In this document: piece after piece, positions 58,615 through 64,000 of the stretch
Numbering within the stretch: position 1 is the stretch's first letter
Layout: each line of letters opens with the position of its first letter
Source of the DNA: Ignavibacteria bacterium
GTDB taxonomy: Bacteria; Bacteroidota; Ignavibacteria; Kapaibacteriales; Kapaibacteriaceae
Direction of reading: 5' to 3'
Length of the DNA stretch: 64,000 nucleotides
Assembly: GCA_016191145.1 (NCBI GenBank)
Contig: JACPPD010000007.1
Span: 16,021 to 80,020 of the forward strand
The notes under the pieces: generated by a model
Seen by the model: the letters and a program-made list of their open reading frames with translations, nothing else
The model's database searches: none
What the model was told of the DNA's origin: nothing
Made by a program: the position numbers and the translations under genes

Positions 58615-60222
58615 TTACACCCTCCCGACTCTTTTAGCGTCAAATAAGTCTATCAGAGTCTTCTCAGCAGGCGTTAACGAGGTATCGTTGGGGCTCATAC
58701 TGTTCTTTCCGTTGAAGTCTTTATTCCCGTTGTTCACTGCCGTGATTGGAATTAGTTGCAAGCCAATAGGAGCACCATAAACATTTTTAAGATATGATTT
58801 AAGGTCGGACAATTGGTCTGCAACACGATGATGGATGACGTCTGCATTCGGCCGCAGCACAAGGCCAACATCGGTAAAGTCGATTGCCAGTGCTCCCTGC
58901 TTGATAAAACTCCGCAGAAACGTCAGGTGATCTGGAAGCTCTTCAACAACGGATGTCCACTTATCTGCAAGGTTTCTCGCAGTTAAGGCACTGGCAGGAT
59001 GTGACTTCGACTTTACTGCGAGCGATGATGGACCTACCTTAACAGCCATAGCAACGCCTCCCACAGGAGCATTCACAGACCCGGCCGAAATACGCGATAA
59101 CAGCTCACTGAGCTGCACGGTGTCGTCCATCGCAGCAAGCTGCACTAAAACAAATTCGAATCGGACGCGAGGGTTGGGCGGATTCTGGCGCAGAATACTT
59201 TCACCATGGGAAATCACCGACATTATTCTAAGAATGTCGGCTTTATTGGTACGTTCCGCTTCCAATTGAAATCGCTGGCAGATTTGGTTCGAGGCATCAA
59301 TTAGATCGGCGGTGCCAGTAGTGACAACTGTTAATAAATTTCGATAGTGTTCCAACAACCCTAGCAGGCACTCCTGTAAGTCGTAACCGCGGGTAACAAC
59401 ACGTTGGGCGAATTCGAACATCGCCGCAATGTTGTGACTCTGAATTGCCGATGCGATTTCGAAGTAAAAGTCATCGTCTATCAGGTGCAGAACCTCAGCC
59501 ACATCAGCCGAGGTGAATTGCGGTCCGCAAAACGATACTACCTGGTCGAAAATCGACTGAGAATCCCGCATAGAACCATCCGCTTTTCGCGCAATTGCCA
59601 CCAGCGATCCTTCGTCGGCGGTGATGCCTTCTGCCCGAGCTATATGTTGTAGATGATCTACAATAGCGGACACAGCCATTCTGCGAAAATCAAAACGTTG
59701 GCATCGGCTTACAATTGTTGCGGGTACTTTGTGAATTTCAGTGGTCGCAAAAACAAAGACGAGATGTCGAGGCGGCTCTTCAAGAGTTTTAAGGAGAGCA
59801 TTAAATGCAGCGCCCGAAAGCATGTGCACTTCGTCGATGATGTATAGTTTGTACTTGCCATTCAGCGGTGCATATTTGACGTTATCTCGGAGTTTGCGAA
59901 CATCATCAACACTGTTGTTGCTAGCGCCATCGATTTCAATTACGTCAACGTTCCGTCCATCGAGCACCTGTCTGCAAGATTCACATTCATTGCATGGTTC
60001 AGAGTTGGCGGGCTGGGAGCAATTAAGTGCACGTGCAAGAATTCGTGCGCATGTTGTTTTGCCTACACCGCGCGGTCCGGTAAACAAATACGCATGATGT
60101 ATCCTTCCGCCGGCAATGGCATTCTTAAGAGTTGTTGTAATATGGTTCTGTCCAATAACATCGGAAAATCTTAATGGACGCCATTTCCTGGCTGTAACTA
60201 TGAAACTTTGTTGATCTGGCAT
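58615..60222 (-). CDS. dnaX: DNA polymerase III subunit gamma/tau
   Basis: The N-terminus is RPLRFSDVIGQNHI...GPRGVGKTT (Walker A). The zinc-module cysteines are CSQPANSEPCNECESC. Confidence 0.9.
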   Translation of the reverse strand: MPDQQSFIVTARKWRPLRFSDVIGQNHITTTLKNAIAGGRIHHAYLFTGPRGVGKTTCARILARALNCSQPANSEPCNECESCRQVLDGRNVDVIEIDGASNNSVDDVRKLRDNVKYAPLNGKYKLYIIDEVHMLSGAAFNALLKTLEEPPRHLVFVFATTEIHKVPATIVSRCQRFDFRRMAVSAIVDHLQHIARAEGITADEGSLVAIARKADGSMRDSQSIFDQVVSFCGPQFTSADVAEVLHLIDDDFYFEIASAIQSHNIAAMFEFAQRVVTRGYDLQECLLGLLEHYRNLLTVVTTGTADLIDASNQICQRFQLEAERTNKADILRIMSVISHGESILRQNPPNPRVRFEFVLVQLAAMDDTVQLSELLSRISAGSVNAPVGGVAMAVKVGPSSLAVKSKSHPASALTARNLADKWTSVVEELPDHLTFLRSFIKQGALAIDFTDVGLVLRPNADVIHHRVADQLSDLKSYLKNVYGAPIGLQLIPITAVNNGNKDFNGKNSMSPNDTSLTPAEKTLIDLFDAKRVGRV

Positions 60223-60265
60223 GATCTAGACCTAATGTAACCGTAATCTGCGAAATGCAATGTGT

Positions 60266-63118
60266 ATGGGCAAGAAATACCGACTATTGTTTGTAATTCC
60301 CTGTGTTGTGTTGTTCGTTGTATTAACGAGCACATCTCTGTTGGCGCGCTGGCCGCAAGTTGCGGAAACATCTGTTATCCATGATGGTCCGGTTCCAATG
60401 GTGGCTGGTTTTATCAATGTTCGATTTACAAGTGCCAACACTCTTGTTGCCGCGCAAGCGGTTTTGCCAGATGGGTACATCGTAGAATCCTGTTTTCTTG
60501 ATTCAACGCATGCATTAAATGGTGATGGCAAGGGGCAGGTATTACAAAGTTCAGTAAGCAAAGATCTGCAGTGGGCTGTTAACCGTCTTTCCCGGACCTT
60601 CATTGTTCGCTACACAGCCCCCTTACATCCATTAAGTGCAGCAAGCCAACTTTTAAAAGTTGATGGCATAGAGATCGCCGAGCCATGGTATGCTGCAGAA
60701 ATGCACGCCACGCCAAACGATCCGTTGTGGCCAGCTCAGGTTGGCGTACGGCGGATGAAGTTCGACGCTGCATGGGACATCACACAGGGAAATCCGAATG
60801 TCGTGATAGCGATAAGTGACAATGGAGTTACACAGGATCACGAAGACATAAAACCATCGCTATGGACAAATGTCAATGAGGTGCCTGGTAACATGTTGGA
60901 CGATGACGGGAATGGTTATGTAGATGATTACACAGGCGTCAATTTTTCGTGGTCTGTTGATGGTACTTCGCCCGGATCGACCACAAATCATTCTAACGGT
61001 GGACACGGAACAAAGGTTGCCGGCCTTGCTGGAGCTGCAACAAATAATGGATTGGGGATTGCGGGCAGTTCGAACGGGAGCCGATTGTTTCCTATGAAGA
61101 CTGCTTCAGCCAACGGCGGGAATATTGTTTATGGATACCAGTCGCTCATCTATGCGGCCGACATGGGTTTTAAGGTTGCGAATTGCTCTTGGGGTATCGT
61201 GAAGCCTCCGTCGCCTATCGATCAAAGTGTTATTGATTATTGCCTTGCCAAGAATTTAGTTGTTGTTGCTTCTGCAGGTAATCAGGGGTCGGCGCCGAAC
61301 AGCAGTGGTTGGACGGATCTGAATTTTCCTGCGGCTTACGACGGCGTTATTGGTGTCGGTGAAGTTTCAGCAACCGATATTCTTGCATCGTCGTCTGGTC
61401 TTGGTAAGAATGCAGTTGTTATGGCATCTTCGACCGATGCTATTACAACTGGATCTGGCGGCAACTACACTTCGGACGGAATTGTAGGCACATCCTTTTC
61501 CGCGCCGATGGCATCGGGAGCAATCGCGCTAATCAGGACGAGATACCCTCAGTTGTCTCCACGTCAGGTAGCCGCGTTACTTCGCCGCACAGCCGATGAT
61601 ATTACCCAGGAAAATCCATCTGTAGCACACATCATATCCGGGCGGCTAAATGCGTACAGGGCAGTGACCACAGACCCAACAACCCTGCCAGCTCTTCGCA
61701 TACAGAATGTACAGCGAACATTTACCAACGGGAAAGCAGCCGACAGATTTGCAGAGGGCGACACGTTGGATTTTACGTATACAATTGTTAACGATCTTGC
61801 ATTAATAAATAATGTTAACTGTGAGCTTAAGATTGCAGATGCCAGCGGATGGGACGTTACTATTTTGCAGAACACACGGTCAATTGCATCCATTGATCAA
61901 GGGCAGACTCAAAGTGTTGGAACGTTTCGTGTCCGGGTAAATACATTCAGCCCCTTACCATGCATTTTCCGGTTAACGTACACAGCCGTGAATTATAGTG
62001 ATTCGTCGCTTGACTATTTGATGCAGCCGTCGGGTATGGCAACGATGGAAAACAATCAGTTAGTGTATTCTGTGGGTGACGACGGGACGTTTGGGTATAA
62101 TAACAGCCTTGTTACACGCCAGGGAGTCGGCTTTGGATGGAAGAAGGGCTACAACCTAATATCTCCGAGTGGATTTTTGTTTTGCGAGAATAAAACGAGA
62201 GTTCTTAAAGGATTTGATAATATTAACAACCGATCTGAGTTTAGTCCTCAAAAACCATACACGGAACCGCAGCGAAACAGGTCGGTGATGACGGATTCGA
62301 CAGCAGCTTTCTCACGTCAGGTTGGCATTCGCGTAGAACAAACCAACACATTCCCTTCCAGCAATTCTCAGTCGACTGTTCTTTCGATAACGATTGAGAA
62401 TCGTTCCGGGTTGAATCTCACCGACATTGCTGCCGGTGATTTCTTTGATTGGGATATTGGGAGCGGTGGGCAAGAAAACATAACGCGCCTGGCATCGGAT
62501 GCCATTCCGGAAACTTTTCGCTACATCGGAGATGCTCAGGCATTTCAGCGCAACAATGTAGCTGCTGTAATTGTGTGCGCTGCAGTATCCGACGAGATTG
62601 ATATTCAGGCTCAGGTTTCGGGCTTCTTACTAGCCGACAAGGTTGGGGCTGGCATCACCGACACTGAAGTGATAGAACTTCTCAATTCGGGTACAGCTAT
62701 CCAAACCACTGCCACAGGAGATGTCTCGGGTGTAATTGGCATGAAGTTCCGTGGCACTCTGCTGCCGGGTGAACGACGCAGCTTCAGGATTATCATCGGT
62801 GTTGCATCAACATACGACGAGGCAACTGAGATTGTCAGAAATGCGATTCTAACCACCTCCGTTGTTGAGCAGGGTGGCAATGCGAATGTTCAGGCCTTTC
62901 CCATCCCAGCCAGCGATGTTCTTACAGTTCGCCATAGGCAGGGTGTGAAGTCTATTGAATTGTTCGATTTTTCCGGCCGACGTAATGCAAACCTGGAAGT
63001 GCTGCCTGATGCTTCAGAATCGTACATCGATGTAAGCAACCTGTACCCGGGCGTGTATCAATGCAGAATAGGCGAGGGCAGTTCGTACACAGTAATTCCC
63101 ATCATTGTTATTCATTGA
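60266..63118 (+). CDS. Subtilisin-like S8 serine peptidase with a T9SS C-terminal sorting domain
   Basis: The catalytic triad regions are AISDNG (Asp), HGTKVAG (His) and GTSFSAPMASG (Ser). The C-terminus ...IELFDFSGRR...LYPGVYQCRIGEGSSYTVIPIIVIH is Por_Secre_tail-like. The start is at 60260 or 60266. Confidence 0.8.
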   Translation: MGKKYRLLFVIPCVVLFVVLTSTSLLARWPQVAETSVIHDGPVPMVAGFINVRFTSANTLVAAQAVLPDGYIVESCFLDSTHALNGDGKGQVLQSSVSKDLQWAVNRLSRTFIVRYTAPLHPLSAASQLLKVDGIEIAEPWYAAEMHATPNDPLWPAQVGVRRMKFDAAWDITQGNPNVVIAISDNGVTQDHEDIKPSLWTNVNEVPGNMLDDDGNGYVDDYTGVNFSWSVDGTSPGSTTNHSNGGHGTKVAGLAGAATNNGLGIAGSSNGSRLFPMKTASANGGNIVYGYQSLIYAADMGFKVANCSWGIVKPPSPIDQSVIDYCLAKNLVVVASAGNQGSAPNSSGWTDLNFPAAYDGVIGVGEVSATDILASSSGLGKNAVVMASSTDAITTGSGGNYTSDGIVGTSFSAPMASGAIALIRTRYPQLSPRQVAALLRRTADDITQENPSVAHIISGRLNAYRAVTTDPTTLPALRIQNVQRTFTNGKAADRFAEGDTLDFTYTIVNDLALINNVNCELKIADASGWDVTILQNTRSIASIDQGQTQSVGTFRVRVNTFSPLPCIFRLTYTAVNYSDSSLDYLMQPSGMATMENNQLVYSVGDDGTFGYNNSLVTRQGVGFGWKKGYNLISPSGFLFCENKTRVLKGFDNINNRSEFSPQKPYTEPQRNRSVMTDSTAAFSRQVGIRVEQTNTFPSSNSQSTVLSITIENRSGLNLTDIAAGDFFDWDIGSGGQENITRLASDAIPETFRYIGDAQAFQRNNVAAVIVCAAVSDEIDIQAQVSGFLLADKVGAGITDTEVIELLNSGTAIQTTATGDVSGVIGMKFRGTLLPGERRSFRIIIGVASTYDEATEIVRNAILTTSVVEQGGNANVQAFPIPASDVLTVRHRQGVKSIELFDFSGRRNANLEVLPDASESYIDVSNLYPGVYQCRIGEGSSYTVIPIIVIH

Positions 63119-63120
63119 CG

Positions 63121-64000
63121 ATGATCCGTTGTATCGTTTCCATCATTGTGCTCATCATGCTGGGCGATGTTATTGCCAACGCTCAACCCGTAGTGTTGCA
63201 GCCAGAACAGGGTGTTCGCATCGATCCTGTTATTGCGGGAAGATTGAAGATTCGGTTCCAACGTGATGTGGATGTCCTGGATTATCCCCAAATACTAAAT
63301 ACATTTAATCTTCGCATATTATATCCGATTTTGCCATTTGACCTTTCGCTCTCGGCGAGGGGCAATCTGACGCTGATTCCAACAAAGAACTATAATGAAG
63401 CCTTGCGAATTGAAGAGGAGTTACTTAGGACATTCGTTGTTGAGTATGCTGACGTGAGTGTAAGCCCGGAGAAGTATGCCAGTCTGCTCAAGGGAGGATG
63501 CAGTGCATTCGAAGTCATCGAAACAGTTGTTGTGTCTCAAATACTTGCCAAACCGAACGACCCGCAGGTTGATGTTCAGAAAATGCTGAACACCATTCAG
63601 GTGCTTGACGCATGGGATGTTGAAGACGGCGACGAAACAGTGCTAATAGGAATCAGCGACAGCGGGATTTTTCAGGACCACGAAGATCTTAGAGACGCCA
63701 TTTATGTGAATACAGGCGAAATACCCGATAATAACATTGATGATGATAATAATGGTTACGTAGATGATTATCGTGGCTACAACTTTGCGACACCGGATGA
63801 TGGAACGCCCCGAGGGAACACATTTAACTCGGTGGAAGGACATGGTACTGGCGTATCCGGTATCTGTGGTGCAAGCGTCAACAACGGTGTTGGAGTTGCA
63901 GGTGTTGCCAACCGAAGCAAGCTGGTGCCAATGAAAACAATGCCGGAAAATATTGGAGGTATCGTTTACGGTTACGAGTCACTGATATATTCCGCACTCA
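63121..64000 (+). CDS. Second S8 serine peptidase (paralogue, tandem; 3' end beyond window)
   Basis: The ATG is 2 bp after the previous stop. It has a signal peptide MIRCIVSIIVLIMLGDVIANA, then GISDSG (Asp) and HGTGVSG (His). It is not in the ORF track because there is no stop in the window. Confidence 0.75.
   Translation, partial: MIRCIVSIIVLIMLGDVIANAQPVVLQPEQGVRIDPVIAGRLKIRFQRDVDVLDYPQILNTFNLRILYPILPFDLSLSARGNLTLIPTKNYNEALRIEEELLRTFVVEYADVSVSPEKYASLLKGGCSAFEVIETVVVSQILAKPNDPQVDVQKMLNTIQVLDAWDVEDGDETVLIGISDSGIFQDHEDLRDAIYVNTGEIPDNNIDDDNNGYVDDYRGYNFATPDDGTPRGNTFNSVEGHGTGVSGICGASVNNGVGVAGVANRSKLVPMKTMPENIGGIVYGYESLIYSAL

Overview
This 64 kb window is a chromosomal segment from a Bacteroidota/Ignavibacteriota-like (FCB-group) organism with roughly 50% GC. 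That placement is inferred from four Por_Secre_tail-like C-terminal domains, DUF5686, carboxypeptidase-regulatory-like domains and weak Shine-Dalgarno usage. Most of the window is housekeeping: tig (partial) with tRNA-Leu, a class II ribonucleotide reductase, purF–yebC, prfB (with its programmed +1 frameshift), acpS, purK, lptF/G, ispB, tatC, dnaA, dapB, upp, tatD, dnaX and several ABC ATPases. Between these sit cell-envelope and secreted proteins: four large type IX secretion system (T9SS) cargo candidates, two of them tandem S8 peptidases, two M28 peptidases and OmpA-family proteins. Four things do not fit ordinary annotation. First, a tightly packed five-gene envelope cluster of unknown function at 6300-13494. 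Second, a decayed mobile-element scar at about 27.6-30.2 kb: an IS3-type transposase fragment, a 12-bp tandem array and a duplicated 188-bp element placed upstream of two genes, with yggS truncated at the edge. Third, a TatD hydrolase fused in frame to an outer-membrane beta-barrel. Fourth, a convergently overlapping hpnE-like/PAP2 gene pair.
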